Assembly (NCBI GenBank): GCA_964404605.1
Contig: CAYOKT010000006.1
Coordinates: forward strand, 2,005-56,812
Reading direction: 5' to 3'
Length of the DNA: 54,808 nt
Source of the DNA: an uncultured bacterium
GTDB taxonomy: Bacteria; Electryoneota; Electryoneia; Electryoneales; Electryoneaceae
The notes beneath the pieces were generated by a model. That model worked only from the letters and a program-made list of their open reading frames with translations. It ran no database searches and was not told the DNA's origin. A program made the position numbers and the translations under genes. Positions within the stretch are counted from its first letter, which is position 1. Each line of letters starts with the position of its first letter. Shown here one piece after another: positions 27,717-37,571 of the stretch.

Positions 27717-28731
27717 CAGAAACTTCCCCGCGTGCAAAGGGATTGGACAACCACAGGGCGCGTCTCGTGCGGAAAACCCGGTCTTTCACCGCCGCGGGAA
27801 CATCCGTGCGGACCATCTGCCCGGCCCAGCGCAGGGCCTGCATCACGGCGGAGGGGTGGCTGCGGCCATGCCCGATGACGACCGACCCGTTCACCCCCAG
27901 GAGGGTCGCTCCGCCATACCGCCGGTAATCGAGGGTGCCAAGCCAGCGATGCAGCGCGCTGTCCCCTTCGACCGGAATGTTGTGCTCGCGCAGCATCTCC
28001 GGAATCGATTCCGCGAATTTTAACAAAATGTTGCCGACGAAACCATGAGTGACGATGACATCGGCCGTATCGCGCAGCAGGTCCCCGCCCTCGACGTTGC
28101 CGATGAAGTTGAGCGGGCTGCGGGCGAGCAGGCGCCAGGCATCCTGCACCCGCTCCTCGCCCTTGTGGCTCTCCACGCCGATGTTCATCAGGCCGATGCG
28201 CGGCTCCCCGACGCCGTAGATCCGCTCGACGAAAGCCGCGCCCATGGCGGCGAACTGTACGAGATGGGTCGCCTTGGGCTCCATCGTCGCGCCGGCGTCC
28301 AGCAGCAGTCCCATCGCCTCCCTGCGGGGCAGGGGCACGGCGAGGGCGGGACGGCTGATCCAGCGCATCCTCCCGACATGCGCCCGGGCGGCGCCGACCA
28401 CGGCCCCGGTGTTGCCCATGCTGACGAACGCCCGGACCTCACCGGCGGCCAGGTCTTTCGCGGCGCGGACGATGCTGCTGTTCTGCTTCTGCAGAACCGC
28501 CTCGCCGGGGCGGTCGGTCATCTCGATCACCTCCGGCGCGTCGACGATTTCCACCTCGCCGGTGGGGACATCCATCTCACGAAGCGTCCGGCGCAGCAAC
28601 TCGCCCGGGCCGTACAGCACCGGGCGGAACGCCGCTCCGGACGCGCGGAACTCCTCGAAGGCGGCGAGGACTCCCTCGACGATCACGCGGGGTCCGGGCT
28701 CGCTTCCGGCCGCGTCCACCGCGATTCTCAT
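27706..28731 (-). CDS. plsX: Phosphate acyltransferase PlsX
   Basis: 341 aa with SMGNTGA and GHGRS motifs. Conserved rpmF-plsX-fabH synteny. Confidence 0.92.
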   Translation of the reverse strand: MRIAVDAAGSEPGPRVIVEGVLAAFEEFRASGAAFRPVLYGPGELLRRTLREMDVPTGEVEIVDAPEVIEMTDRPGEAVLQKQNSSIVRAAKDLAAGEVRAFVSMGNTGAVVGAARAHVGRMRWISRPALAVPLPRREAMGLLLDAGATMEPKATHLVQFAAMGAAFVERIYGVGEPRIGLMNIGVESHKGEERVQDAWRLLARSPLNFIGNVEGGDLLRDTADVIVTHGFVGNILLKFAESIPEMLREHNIPVEGDSALHRWLGTLDYRRYGGATLLGVNGSVVIGHGRSHPSAVMQALRWAGQMVRTDVPAAVKDRVFRTRRALWLSNPFARGEVSDDE

Positions 28732-28765
28732 CGAATCCTCTCCGCCGCCGCGCCGAACCGACCGC

Positions 28766-28945
28766 TCACTTGCGGCCGGCGATCACCTGCCGTCCCTTGT
28801 ACCAGCCACATTCGGGGCAGGCATGGTGAGGACGATGCATCGCGCCGCAGTTCTCGCAGGCCACAACATCGACCGGCTTCAGCGCGTGATGTGAACGCCG
28901 TTTGTTTCGGCGGGCGGAGCTGGTCCGTTTCTTCGGGACAGCCAC
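28766..28945 (-). CDS. rpmF: 50S ribosomal protein L32
   Basis: Not in the ORF track (59 aa, GTG start). Translation: [59 protein letters not shown]. Zinc-ribbon form with CxxC twice. Confidence 0.9.
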   Translation of the reverse strand: MAVPKKRTSSARRNKRRSHHALKPVDVVACENCGAMHRPHHACPECGWYKGRQVIAGRK

Positions 28946-28948
28946 GAT

Positions 28949-29464
28949 TTACACCTTCCCGTTATCGTTGTTTTTCGTTGCCTTTTCGCCGCCCGGGTCC
29001 GGGGCGCCGGCGTGCACATGCTCGCAGGGCCCCTCGTTCAGATCCGCCCCGCAGACGGGGCACAACCCCCTGCACTCCGGGTGGCAGAGAAGGCGCATCG
29101 GCACGTCGAGCAGCAGCGCATCCACGATCTCCGCGCCGAGGTCCACCTCGCGCCCGCGGGCGCCGATGAAGATCAGCCCTTCGGCGTCCTCTTCCTCGCT
29201 GTCGCGCGCCTCCCGCCGGAGAACCACCGCCCGCAGGTCAACCTCGAAGGAGCGGTCGAACTCCACCGCGCAACGGTCACACCGGTAGCTGCCCAGGGTC
29301 GAGAGGTGGAGCCGGATGTCAACAAGATGCCCCTCGTCGTCCGCCTCGCCGGTCACGTGTATCGGCGCGCGGAACACCTCCCTGTCCAGGTCCAGGGTCT
29401 CCGGGAGGACCATCTCCTCGACCGGGTTGATCCCCTGCCTGAGCGATGCCAGGTGGAGCTTCAT
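28949..29464 (-). CDS. yceD: YceD/DUF177 family protein (23S rRNA accumulation protein)
   Basis: 171 aa with the C-terminal CxxxCxGLCxxCG pattern (CHPECRGLCPVCG). Immediately upstream of rpmF. Confidence 0.8.
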   Translation of the reverse strand: MKLHLASLRQGINPVEEMVLPETLDLDREVFRAPIHVTGEADDEGHLVDIRLHLSTLGSYRCDRCAVEFDRSFEVDLRAVVLRREARDSEEEDAEGLIFIGARGREVDLGAEIVDALLLDVPMRLLCHPECRGLCPVCGADLNEGPCEHVHAGAPDPGGEKATKNNDNGKV

Positions 29465-29584
29465 AGACGGGCAAACGTAAGCACGGAGCCACGACGGAGC
29501 AAGCCTGCGGGGCCGCGGGGTCTCCCCGCCGGGAGGGCGCCCGAGCCGTCCCCGGGAAGCGGTCCGCGCCGGGCCGGCCGCGCT

Positions 29585-30799
29585 TCAGGCGGCCGTCCTC
29601 TCCCGGACGATCCGCTCCGTTTCGAGGGCGATCACAAGCTCCTCGTTCGTCGGGACGACGTACACCCCGACACGGCTCTCCCCGGTGCTGATGATGCGTT
29701 CGCCGGAGGCTTCCCCGGTGTTCTTCTCCTCGTCGAGATCGATTCCGAGAAACCCGAGCCCCTCCAGCGAACCGGCGCGGACATCGGGCGAATTCTCCCC
29801 GATGCCGCCGGTGAACACGACCGCGTCCAGCCCGCCCATCGCCGCCGTGTAGGCGCCGATGTACTTCTTCACCCGGTAGGTGAAGATCCGGAACGCCGTC
29901 TCCGCCCGCGGGTTGCCGCTCTTCATCTCCTCGACGATCTCCCGCATGTCCGAGGAGACGCCCGAGACGCCGAGCAGGCCGCTGTGCTTGTTGAGCAGGG
30001 TGTTCACCTCGCCGAGGGTCAGCTCCTCGCGACCCATGATGTGCAGCACCGCCCCGGCATCGATGTCGCCCGCGCGGGTGCCCATCAGCAGTCCCTCCAC
30101 CGGGGTGAAGCCCATCGTCGTGTCCACCGAGACGCCGTGGTCCACCGCGGCCATGCTGCACCCGTTGCCGAGGTGGATGGTGATCATCCGCATGTCATCG
30201 ACGCCGCGCCCGGCGAGTTCCGCCGCCCGGTGGCTGACATAGTAGTGGCTGGTGCCGTGGAAGCCGTAACGGCGGATGCCGTAGCGCTTGTAGAGCGTGT
30301 ACGGCAACCCGTACAGGTAGGCATATTCGGGCAGCTTGTGGTGGAAGGCGGTGTCGAACACCCCGACCATCGGCACATCCTTCAGCAGGCGCCCGCAGGC
30401 GACGATCCCCTTGATGTTGTGCGGGTTGTGCAGGGGCGCCAGCTCGATGCACTCGTGCAGCTCCTCCATCACCTCCGGGGTGATGAACACGCTGTCGGTG
30501 AACGCCTCGCCGCCGTGCACCACCCGGTGCCCGACCGCGTCGATCTCCTCCCGGGTCTTGATCACCCCGTGATTCGGGGCGAGGAGAATCGCGATGATAT
30601 ACTCGATGGCCGCCTGGTGGTCGACGATTTCCCCGGCGATCTTCACCTTGTGACCGTCCGCCCGCATGTGGCTGAGGATCGCGCCCTTCATCCCGATGCG
30701 CTCCACCACCCCCTTGGCGAGCGCCTTGTGGTCCTGCTCCGAATCGATCAACTGGTACTTGATCGAAGAGGAACCGCAGTTGAGGATCAGAATCTTCAT
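29585..30799 (-). CDS. ackA: Acetate kinase
   Basis: Track ORF trimmed to MKILILNCGSSSIKYQL. Contains HRVVHGG and FTGGIGENS. Start derived from ORF-frame arithmetic. Confidence 0.93.
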   Translation of the reverse strand: MKILILNCGSSSIKYQLIDSEQDHKALAKGVVERIGMKGAILSHMRADGHKVKIAGEIVDHQAAIEYIIAILLAPNHGVIKTREEIDAVGHRVVHGGEAFTDSVFITPEVMEELHECIELAPLHNPHNIKGIVACGRLLKDVPMVGVFDTAFHHKLPEYAYLYGLPYTLYKRYGIRRYGFHGTSHYYVSHRAAELAGRGVDDMRMITIHLGNGCSMAAVDHGVSVDTTMGFTPVEGLLMGTRAGDIDAGAVLHIMGREELTLGEVNTLLNKHSGLLGVSGVSSDMREIVEEMKSGNPRAETAFRIFTYRVKKYIGAYTAAMGGLDAVVFTGGIGENSPDVRAGSLEGLGFLGIDLDEEKNTGEASGERIISTGESRVGVYVVPTNEELVIALETERIVRERTAA

Positions 30800-30944
30800 C
30801 GGCCCTTCCACATCTTGAATGTTACCCCCTCCCGCGGCCCGCGCCGCAGGCGGGAAAAGTGCGGGTTTTTTTCGGGAGGGGCAACAGGAAAAAGGGGAAG
30901 CGCACGCGGAGACCGGGACCCGCCGCCGCGAGAAAGAAGCGCCC

Positions 30945-32540
30945 TCAGCCCCCCTCCCCAGAGAATAACGCATCAACACGGAGCGATTGCAGGGTTTCCA
31001 CCGGCAGCCCCGCCTCCCGCCAGGCGCGCACGACCGCGGGGGCGGGCCAGGGGTCCGCCGCCGGATCGCCCCACCAGTCCGACAGGCCGCCGTCCCGGAG
31101 GAGCACCCCATCGCGGAGGAGAATCCACCGCGTCGCCCAGTCGGCGAAACGGTCCACATCGTGCCCGGCGACGAGGATGACACAGCCGCGCTCCGCCTCG
31201 CGGCGGATCAACTCCCCGACGGCGCCGGCGCTCGCCTCGTCCAGCCCCGCGGTGGGTTCGTCGAGCAGGTAGGCGTCAGGGCGAAGCGCGGCCACGGAGG
31301 CCAGCGCCGCCCGGCGCGCCTCGCCCCCGGAGAGGTCGAAGGGGTTGCGCTCCCCGTCCCGCACGGGGTCCAGCCGGAGCGCCGAGAGGGCCTGCCGGGC
31401 ACGCTCTCCGGCTTCCGCGCCGCTCAGCCCGAGGTTCCGCGGGCCGTAGGCGACCTCGGCGAGCAGCGTCTCGGCGAAGAAGGAGCGCTCGGGGAACTGG
31501 AAGGCGATTCCGATCCGGCCGCGGAGCCGCTCCGGCGGCGCGCCGTCCCAGAGCACCTCGCCGGAGGAGGGCGCAAGCAGCCCGGCCAGCACCTCGAGCA
31601 GGGTGCTCTTGCCCGCGCCGCTCGGACCGACGAGAGCCGTAACCTCGCCGGGGCGGAGCTCCAGGTCCAGGCCGTGCAGCACCTCGCGCTCTTCGCCGAA
31701 GAGCGGCCGCCGGGCGGCGTGCAGACCGCGTACCGTCACCGTGCACCCCGCCGCGTCCCCGGTGGAGACAGGAGCGGAAGAACGCACCGGCCCGCTCGTC
31801 TTCTTCCCCCCCATGACCGTCGGCGGGGACTCCTCGAGCCGCCGCCGGAGCCGCGTCAGCCGCGGCACGGCCAGGCCCGCGCGGGCGAGCGAACCGTCCT
31901 CGATCAACCTTCCGGCCTCGCCCACAGCCGCGATCCGTCCCTCCGCGAGCAGGGCGAGGCGGCCGGTGAGGGTGTACTCCTCCGGCGAGGAGGCGACATA
32001 GAGGAGGATCGACTCCTCCGGGAGAGAGGCGAGGAGAGCATACAGCTCCCCGCGCGCATCGGGGTCGAGATAGGAGGCCGGTTCATCGAGCAGCCACAGG
32101 GCGGGGCGCATCGCATAGGCCGCGGCGAAGGCGAGGCGCTGCATCTCGCCCCCGGACAGGTCGGACGGAGCCCGCCGCCGCAGCGCGGCCAGGCCGGTCA
32201 GCGCCAGCGCCTCATCGACCCGGCGGCGGATCTCCACGGTGGGCAGGCCGAGGTTCTCGAGCCCGAAGGCGACCTCCCCCTCCACGGTGGCGGCGAGGAG
32301 CTGGTTCTCGGGCGACTGCTGCACGAGACCGACCGGCGCGCTCTCTTGGGATCCGTCGTGCAGAATCCGCCCCCCGGTGGGCTCATACAGGCCCGCCGCG
32401 AGGGCGAGGAGGGTGGACTTGCCGCCGCCGCTCGCCCCGGCGAGGACCACGCGGTCGCCGGGCCGCAGGGTGAGATCCAGTCCGCGAAGCACCTCGGGTC
32501 CGCCGGGATAGGCGAAACGGACCCCCTCGAAGCGGAGCAT
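30945..32540 (-). CDS. Fused double ABC ATPase, ECF-transporter (EcfA/CbiO)-like
   Basis: Two nucleotide-binding domains. Walker A GASGGGKST and GPSGAGKST; signatures LSGGEMQR and LSGGEARR; Walker B LLDEP twice. The switch His is present only in the second half (VAGHD); the first half reads VASS. Confidence 0.8.
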   Translation of the reverse strand: MLRFEGVRFAYPGGPEVLRGLDLTLRPGDRVVLAGASGGGKSTLLALAAGLYEPTGGRILHDGSQESAPVGLVQQSPENQLLAATVEGEVAFGLENLGLPTVEIRRRVDEALALTGLAALRRRAPSDLSGGEMQRLAFAAAYAMRPALWLLDEPASYLDPDARGELYALLASLPEESILLYVASSPEEYTLTGRLALLAEGRIAAVGEAGRLIEDGSLARAGLAVPRLTRLRRRLEESPPTVMGGKKTSGPVRSSAPVSTGDAAGCTVTVRGLHAARRPLFGEEREVLHGLDLELRPGEVTALVGPSGAGKSTLLEVLAGLLAPSSGEVLWDGAPPERLRGRIGIAFQFPERSFFAETLLAEVAYGPRNLGLSGAEAGERARQALSALRLDPVRDGERNPFDLSGGEARRAALASVAALRPDAYLLDEPTAGLDEASAGAVGELIRREAERGCVILVAGHDVDRFADWATRWILLRDGVLLRDGGLSDWWGDPAADPWPAPAVVRAWREAGLPVETLQSLRVDALFSGEGG

Positions 32541-32543
32541 CGG

Positions 32544-33827
32544 CTACCACCCCGCCAGCTTCGCGAGCTCCCCGGCCAGGCGGTCGGCGACGCCGGTGTG
32601 CCGGGCGACGTACCCGCCTGCGAGCTCCCCCCGCCTCCTGCTCTCCTCCCCCCCGGCGAGGGCGTCATCGAACGCCCGGGCCACCTGCTCCGGCGTCTCG
32701 ATCATCTCCGCGCAGCCGAGGGCGAGCAGGTCCCGCGCCTCGTGGCTGTTGAGGTGGCGCGGCCCGAACAGCACCGGGATGGCGAACACCGCCGGTTCGA
32801 GTACCGAATGAACTCCCGCGCCGAACCCGCCCCCGACGTAGGCGATCCGCCCGAGGCCGTAGAGCCCCGCGAGGACACCGACCCGGTCGACGACCACGAC
32901 GTTGGGAACATCCGCCCCGTCCTCCACGGCGGCGAGGGTCGCCGTGCGGATTCCCTCCTCCGCGCACTCCTGCTCGATGCCGCGCAACCGCTCCGGGGTC
33001 GGCTCGTGGGGCACGAGGACGAGAACCGCCCCCGGATAGGCGGCGCAGATCCTTCCCCAGGCGGGAAGGAGGCGCTTCTCATCCTCCGGCCAGGTGCTCC
33101 CCGCCACCGCCACCTCCCGCCCGGCGAGACGGTCGGCGAGCGCCCCCTGGTCCTCCCGCCCGGCGAGGGCGCGCTGGCGCACGCGGTCGAAACGGGTGTC
33201 TCCGGCGGAGACGACCCGCACCTCCCCGCCGGCGAGGAAACGGAAACGCCGTGCATCATCCTCCGCCACCGCGTAGATCGCGCTGAGCCTGCCGAGAACC
33301 TCGCGGTTGAAGGGGATCGCCCAGCGGCGCAGGCGGGTGGAATCGGGCCGGAAGTTGCCGTTGATGACCGCCGTGGGAATCCCGCGGTCCGCCGCTTCCC
33401 AGATCAGGTTCGGCCACAGGTCGTGCTTGGCGAAGAGGATGAGCGAAGGCTCGAGAATGTCCAGCAGCCGGCGCACGCGGCGCGGGGAGTCGAAGGGGAG
33501 GTACAGGTGGGCGGCCGCCGCGGTGATCCCCTCCGCCCGCTCGCTGGCGGAAGGCGAATAGTAGCTGAGAATGATGTCCGCCTCGGCGCGCCCGCGCAGC
33601 GCTTCCAGCAGGGGAACCGCTCCCTCCAGCTCCCCGGCGGAGGCGCAGTGGACGAGCACCCGCGGGCGGTCGTCCCGGCAGCGTGACCTCGCCCGCGAGA
33701 GTTCCGCCGCCTCGCGCAGCCTCCCGCGCACCCCCGCCCGCACCTTGCGCGAGAAGGGCATGGCGAGCAACAGGCCCGCCTCCATCGCGGGAACCGCGAA
33801 GAGATTGTACCCCCCGCGCCAACTCAT
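32544..33827 (-). CDS. waaA: 3-deoxy-D-manno-octulosonic acid (Kdo) transferase
   Basis: Trimmed to MSWRGGYNLF at 33827 (ATGA overlap with the upstream gene). WaaA-like pattern: HCASAGE, YLPFD, WPNL. Confidence 0.8.
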   Translation of the reverse strand: MSWRGGYNLFAVPAMEAGLLLAMPFSRKVRAGVRGRLREAAELSRARSRCRDDRPRVLVHCASAGELEGAVPLLEALRGRAEADIILSYYSPSASERAEGITAAAAHLYLPFDSPRRVRRLLDILEPSLILFAKHDLWPNLIWEAADRGIPTAVINGNFRPDSTRLRRWAIPFNREVLGRLSAIYAVAEDDARRFRFLAGGEVRVVSAGDTRFDRVRQRALAGREDQGALADRLAGREVAVAGSTWPEDEKRLLPAWGRICAAYPGAVLVLVPHEPTPERLRGIEQECAEEGIRTATLAAVEDGADVPNVVVVDRVGVLAGLYGLGRIAYVGGGFGAGVHSVLEPAVFAIPVLFGPRHLNSHEARDLLALGCAEMIETPEQVARAFDDALAGGEESRRRGELAGGYVARHTGVADRLAGELAKLAGW

Positions 33828-34912
33828 GGCTCCGGACTCCCGCCGCGATCCCGTGTCGCTTCCGCCACGGCCTGCCCCAGGGTCGCCTCCACCTGGTCCG
33901 GTGTCAGCCTTTTCATGCACCGGTGGTGTCCCAGCGGGCAGCGCTCCCCGCCGTGGGCGCTGCAGGGACGGCACCAGAGAGGGGCTTCGAGCACCCGGGC
34001 ATTCGGAGCGCGGAAGGGGAAGAAGCCGAATTCGCGCACCGTGGGGCCGAAGAGGGCGACGAGGGGGCGGCCGGACGCCACGGCGAGGTGCATCGGGCCG
34101 GTGTCGCCGCTGACGATGCCCTTGGCGCCGGAGAGCACCGCGGCGGTCATCAGCGGCGGGGTGCGGCCGGTCAGGTCCACCACCTGCCGTCCGTTCGTGC
34201 CGGCGACGGCGGCCACCTCGCGCGGCATGTCGCCGGGTCCGCCGATCACGATCACCGGCCTCTCCCGCCGCAGCAGTCCGACGAGTTCGGCCCAGTACTC
34301 CCCCGGCCAGCGCTTGGTCGCATGCTTCGCGCCCGGGATGATCGCGTAGGGCTTGGTCAGCAGGACCGGCCAGCGCTTCGCCGCCTCCTGCCAGAGTTCC
34401 TCGCCCAGCCGCAGGGTCAACCCGCGATCATCATCCCACACCCCCCAGGAGGAGACGGCTCGAAGGTAGCGCAGGGGTACGGGTTCGAAGCGCCCGAGAC
34501 GAAGTTTCGTCGCGATCAGCACCCCGCGGCGGAACCGGGGAGGGCGGTACACCGCATTCCGTCCCGCCCTGAGCGCCCGGCGGACTTTCGCGCTCCGGGG
34601 CGAGCCCTGCAGGTCGGCGAGGTAATCCCAGGACCCCTCCGCCAGCCGGGAGACATCCCGGGTGAAGGAAGCGCCCCGGCGTCGGATCGCCTCCACCCTG
34701 CCGACGCCCGGCAGCGCCGCGGCCAGCTCGGCGTAGCGCGAGGTCGTGATGAAGACGATTTCCGCCTCGGGGAAGGCGCGGTGCAGGGCACGGCATACCG
34801 GCCCCGCGAGCACGATATCCCCCATGGAGCTAAGGCGCAAAATCCCGATTCGCACAACGCCCTCGTGTCGCTGTTCCCCGCGCTCCCGTTCCCGCCCGGG
34901 AACCCCTCTCAC
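33824..34912 (-). CDS. Glycosyltransferase family 9 (LPS heptosyltransferase-like)
   Basis: Begins RIGILRLSSMGDIVLAGPV and ends with GDTGPMHLAVASGRPLVALFGPT. GTG start overlaps the apbE stop (GTGA). Confidence 0.8.
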   Translation of the reverse strand: MRGVPGRERERGEQRHEGVVRIGILRLSSMGDIVLAGPVCRALHRAFPEAEIVFITTSRYAELAAALPGVGRVEAIRRRGASFTRDVSRLAEGSWDYLADLQGSPRSAKVRRALRAGRNAVYRPPRFRRGVLIATKLRLGRFEPVPLRYLRAVSSWGVWDDDRGLTLRLGEELWQEAAKRWPVLLTKPYAIIPGAKHATKRWPGEYWAELVGLLRRERPVIVIGGPGDMPREVAAVAGTNGRQVVDLTGRTPPLMTAAVLSGAKGIVSGDTGPMHLAVASGRPLVALFGPTVREFGFFPFRAPNARVLEAPLWCRPCSAHGGERCPLGHHRCMKRLTPDQVEATLGQAVAEATRDRGGSPEP

Positions 34913-35937
34913 CGGCGCTCCACACTCGCCGCCCGGTCTTCCATCGCCTGAAAGCCGGGGGTTCTCCGTGCGACCACCTCTCCCTCCCGCTCCACCGCGA
35001 TCAGCGCCTCCACCCCCATCCCGCGCGCGGCGGCGAGCCCCTCTTCGGGCCCGAGGACGAACAGGCCGGTGGCCTGCGCATCCGCCCCGGTGCAGGTCGG
35101 GGCGAACACCGTGGTCGAGATCGAGGCTCTCGCGGGATACCCGGTGGCCGGATCGAAGATATGGTGATACCGCACCCCGCCGGCCTCGAAATATCGCTCA
35201 TAATCACCCGAGGTGGCGACCGCTCCGCTGTCGAGAGCGATGATCGTCAGGTTCTCGTCCAGTTTCCGGGGGTGGCGCACGGCGATCCGCCACGGGGTGC
35301 CGTCCCGCTTCCGGCCGAACACCCGCAGGTCGCCCCCCGCCCAGACCATCCCGGCGCTGACACCGTTCTCCCGGAGGACTTCACAGGCGCGGTCCACGGC
35401 GTACCCCTTGGCGATTCCGCCGAGCTCCAGCGCCGCCCCCTCCGGGTCGAGCCGCGCCCGGCCCGAGTCCGGCACGGTGAACCGCGTGGCCCGGACGATC
35501 GCCAGCACGCTGTCGATCTCCCGTTGGGACGGGACGCGCTCCCCGGGGGTGTTGATGCCCCACAGGTTCACCAGCGGCCCGAGGTCGGGGCGGAACGCGC
35601 CCCGTGTCCCGGCGGAGATCCGGTACCCCTCCTCGATCAGGCCGATCAGCTCCCCGCCCACCGGAAAGGAGCCGCGGCCGGAGATGTCGTTCAACCGGGC
35701 GAGTTCACCCCACTTCGCCAGCGACTCGATGCGCTCGATCTCCGCGAAGGCCCGTTCGATCGCCCTCTCCCCCTCCCGCCGCGAGAAACCCGGCGCGAGG
35801 TCCTCCACCGTGATCCGCACCTCGGTGCCCAGGCTGTACCGGGTGGACTCCAGGGGCGCGCGGCTGCACCCGGCGGCGAACAGAAGCGGAGCGATCAGGA
35901 GACCCGGGACCCACTTCGGCAATGCGGGGTGCTTCAT
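34909..35937 (-). CDS. apbE: FAD:protein FMN transferase ApbE (lipoprotein)
   Basis: Trimmed to MKHPALPKWVPGLLIAPLLFAAGCS (lipobox). ApbE motifs GGIAKGYA and TSGDYERYF. Confidence 0.85.
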   Translation of the reverse strand: MKHPALPKWVPGLLIAPLLFAAGCSRAPLESTRYSLGTEVRITVEDLAPGFSRREGERAIERAFAEIERIESLAKWGELARLNDISGRGSFPVGGELIGLIEEGYRISAGTRGAFRPDLGPLVNLWGINTPGERVPSQREIDSVLAIVRATRFTVPDSGRARLDPEGAALELGGIAKGYAVDRACEVLRENGVSAGMVWAGGDLRVFGRKRDGTPWRIAVRHPRKLDENLTIIALDSGAVATSGDYERYFEAGGVRYHHIFDPATGYPARASISTTVFAPTCTGADAQATGLFVLGPEEGLAAARGMGVEALIAVEREGEVVARRTPGFQAMEDRAASVERR

Positions 35938-36968
35938 CGGCGGCGCTCCGCGGCGAAGCGGGCGAAGAGGGAGAGCTGGTCGCGCCACGGGCTGGGCGGA
36001 AGCGCCTCGAGCGCCCGCTGCGCCTTGGCGGCGTAGTCGGCGGCGACCCGGCGCGCGTACTCGATGCCGCCGGACTCGCGGATCAGGGCCGTCACCTCCC
36101 GCAGGTCCACACTCCTGCCGCGCTTGGAGGCCTTCTTCGAGGCTTTCAACCGGCGCAGCACCTGGCGCCTCTTCCCGGCGCCCAGTTGTTCGAGGGTGTG
36201 AATCAGGGGCAGCGTGAGCTTCGCCTGCCCGAGGTCGAGGCCCGTCGGCTTGCCGAGCTTCCTCCCGCCGTCGCCGAGGTCCAGCAGGTCGTCGCGGATC
36301 TGGAACGCGATCCCGACCAGTTCGCCGTACTCGCGCAGCGGGGCGCGCATCTCCTCGGGCGCGCCGAGGGAGAGCGGCCCCATCTGGCAGGCGGCCCCGA
36401 TCAGGGAGGCGGTCTTGTCCGAAACGAGCTGGAAATAGGCCGGCTTGTCGAGGTCGAGGGTGCGGGCGTGGATCGCCTCGTTCAACTCCCCCTTGGCGAG
36501 GCGGACGGCGCAGTCGCTGAACAGGTCGAGCACCTCGAGGCTGCGCTGCGCGAGCATCCCCTCGAGGGAGCGGGCGAGCATGTAGTCCCCGAAGAGCACC
36601 GCCACCTTGTTGTTGAAGACCACGTTCAGGGTGGGGCGGCCGCGGCGCTCATCGGCCCGGTCGACCACGTCATCGTGCACCAGGGTCGCCGTGTGCAGCA
36701 TCTCGACGACCAGCGCGGCGGTGAGCGTCCGCTCGCTGAGCTCCCCCTCCGCCCCGGCCGCGCGGGCCGAGAGGAGGGTCAGCGCGGGCCGCAACTCCTT
36801 GCCCCGGCTCCTCACCAGGTAGGCCGAAACCTGGTCGATGAAAAAGGAGCCGCTGCGGAGGAAACGGCGGTAATGGCGGCGGAAGGCCCGCAGGTCATCC
36901 CGCACGGGAGCGAGGATGTCCCTCAAGCGCACTTCGCCAACGGCCTTCGTTTGAACCACCGTGCTCAA
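35934..36968 (-). CDS. Polyprenyl diphosphate synthase (IspB-like, long-chain)
   Basis: Both Asp-rich motifs are present: LVHDDVVD and FQIRDDLLD. TTG start overlaps the smpB stop (TTGA). Confidence 0.85.
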   Translation of the reverse strand: MSTVVQTKAVGEVRLRDILAPVRDDLRAFRRHYRRFLRSGSFFIDQVSAYLVRSRGKELRPALTLLSARAAGAEGELSERTLTAALVVEMLHTATLVHDDVVDRADERRGRPTLNVVFNNKVAVLFGDYMLARSLEGMLAQRSLEVLDLFSDCAVRLAKGELNEAIHARTLDLDKPAYFQLVSDKTASLIGAACQMGPLSLGAPEEMRAPLREYGELVGIAFQIRDDLLDLGDGGRKLGKPTGLDLGQAKLTLPLIHTLEQLGAGKRRQVLRRLKASKKASKRGRSVDLREVTALIRESGGIEYARRVAADYAAKAQRALEALPPSPWRDQLSLFARFAAERRR

Positions 36969-37435
36969 CGATTCCAGCGCTCTGTCTCCCTCTTCGCGCG
37001 GGCGAGGTCGCGTTTCGCCTCGCGCGCGGCGATCGCCGCACGCTTGTCATACTGCCGCTTGCCGCGGGCGAGACCGATCTCCACCTTCGCATACCCCCGG
37101 TCGTTGAAGTAAACCCGGAGCGGGATCACGGTCAACCCCTTCTCCTGCACCTTGCGGGCGAGACGGTTGATTTCGCGGCGGTGAAGGAGCAGTTTCTTCG
37201 GCCGGTGGGGATGCTGTTCGGCGTAGCCCCGCCGCTCGTAGGAGGCGATCGCCATGCCGACCAGCACCGCGGCACCCTCGTCGAAGTTGACATGGGCCTC
37301 CCGCAGGCTGACCCGCCCCTCGCGGACGGACTTCACCTCCGGCCCGGTGAGCACCAGCCCCGCCTCGAGGCGCTCCAGGATCTCGTAGTCGTGGAACGCC
37401 TTGCGATTCTTGATTTCCGGCGAAGCATACGGCAT
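36965..37435 (-). CDS. smpB: SsrA-binding protein
   Basis: 156 aa with the canonical N-terminus KNRKAFHDYEILERLEAGLVLTGPEVKS and a basic C-terminal tail. Confidence 0.93.
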   Translation of the reverse strand: MPYASPEIKNRKAFHDYEILERLEAGLVLTGPEVKSVREGRVSLREAHVNFDEGAAVLVGMAIASYERRGYAEQHPHRPKKLLLHRREINRLARKVQEKGLTVIPLRVYFNDRGYAKVEIGLARGKRQYDKRAAIAAREAKRDLARAKRETERWNR

Positions 37436-37571
37436 GAACGCCCCCTGGGCGGGGAGGGGACCGGGCGCGGAGAACGCGCCCCACCCGCCCGGTCGGAACG
37501 GGAAACCCGCACGGCCGGAGGGGAAGAGTACCCTCCACCGGGGCCATCAACCCCTATCCGTGTGAAACGAT

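Noticed and set aside
29012-33686. Two very long plus-strand ORFs (29012..31180 and 30987..33686) over yceD, ackA, the ABC ATPase and waaA
   Set aside because: Both are antisense to well-supported genes and have low-complexity Arg/Pro/Gly composition. They would require a gene running against a tightly packed operon.
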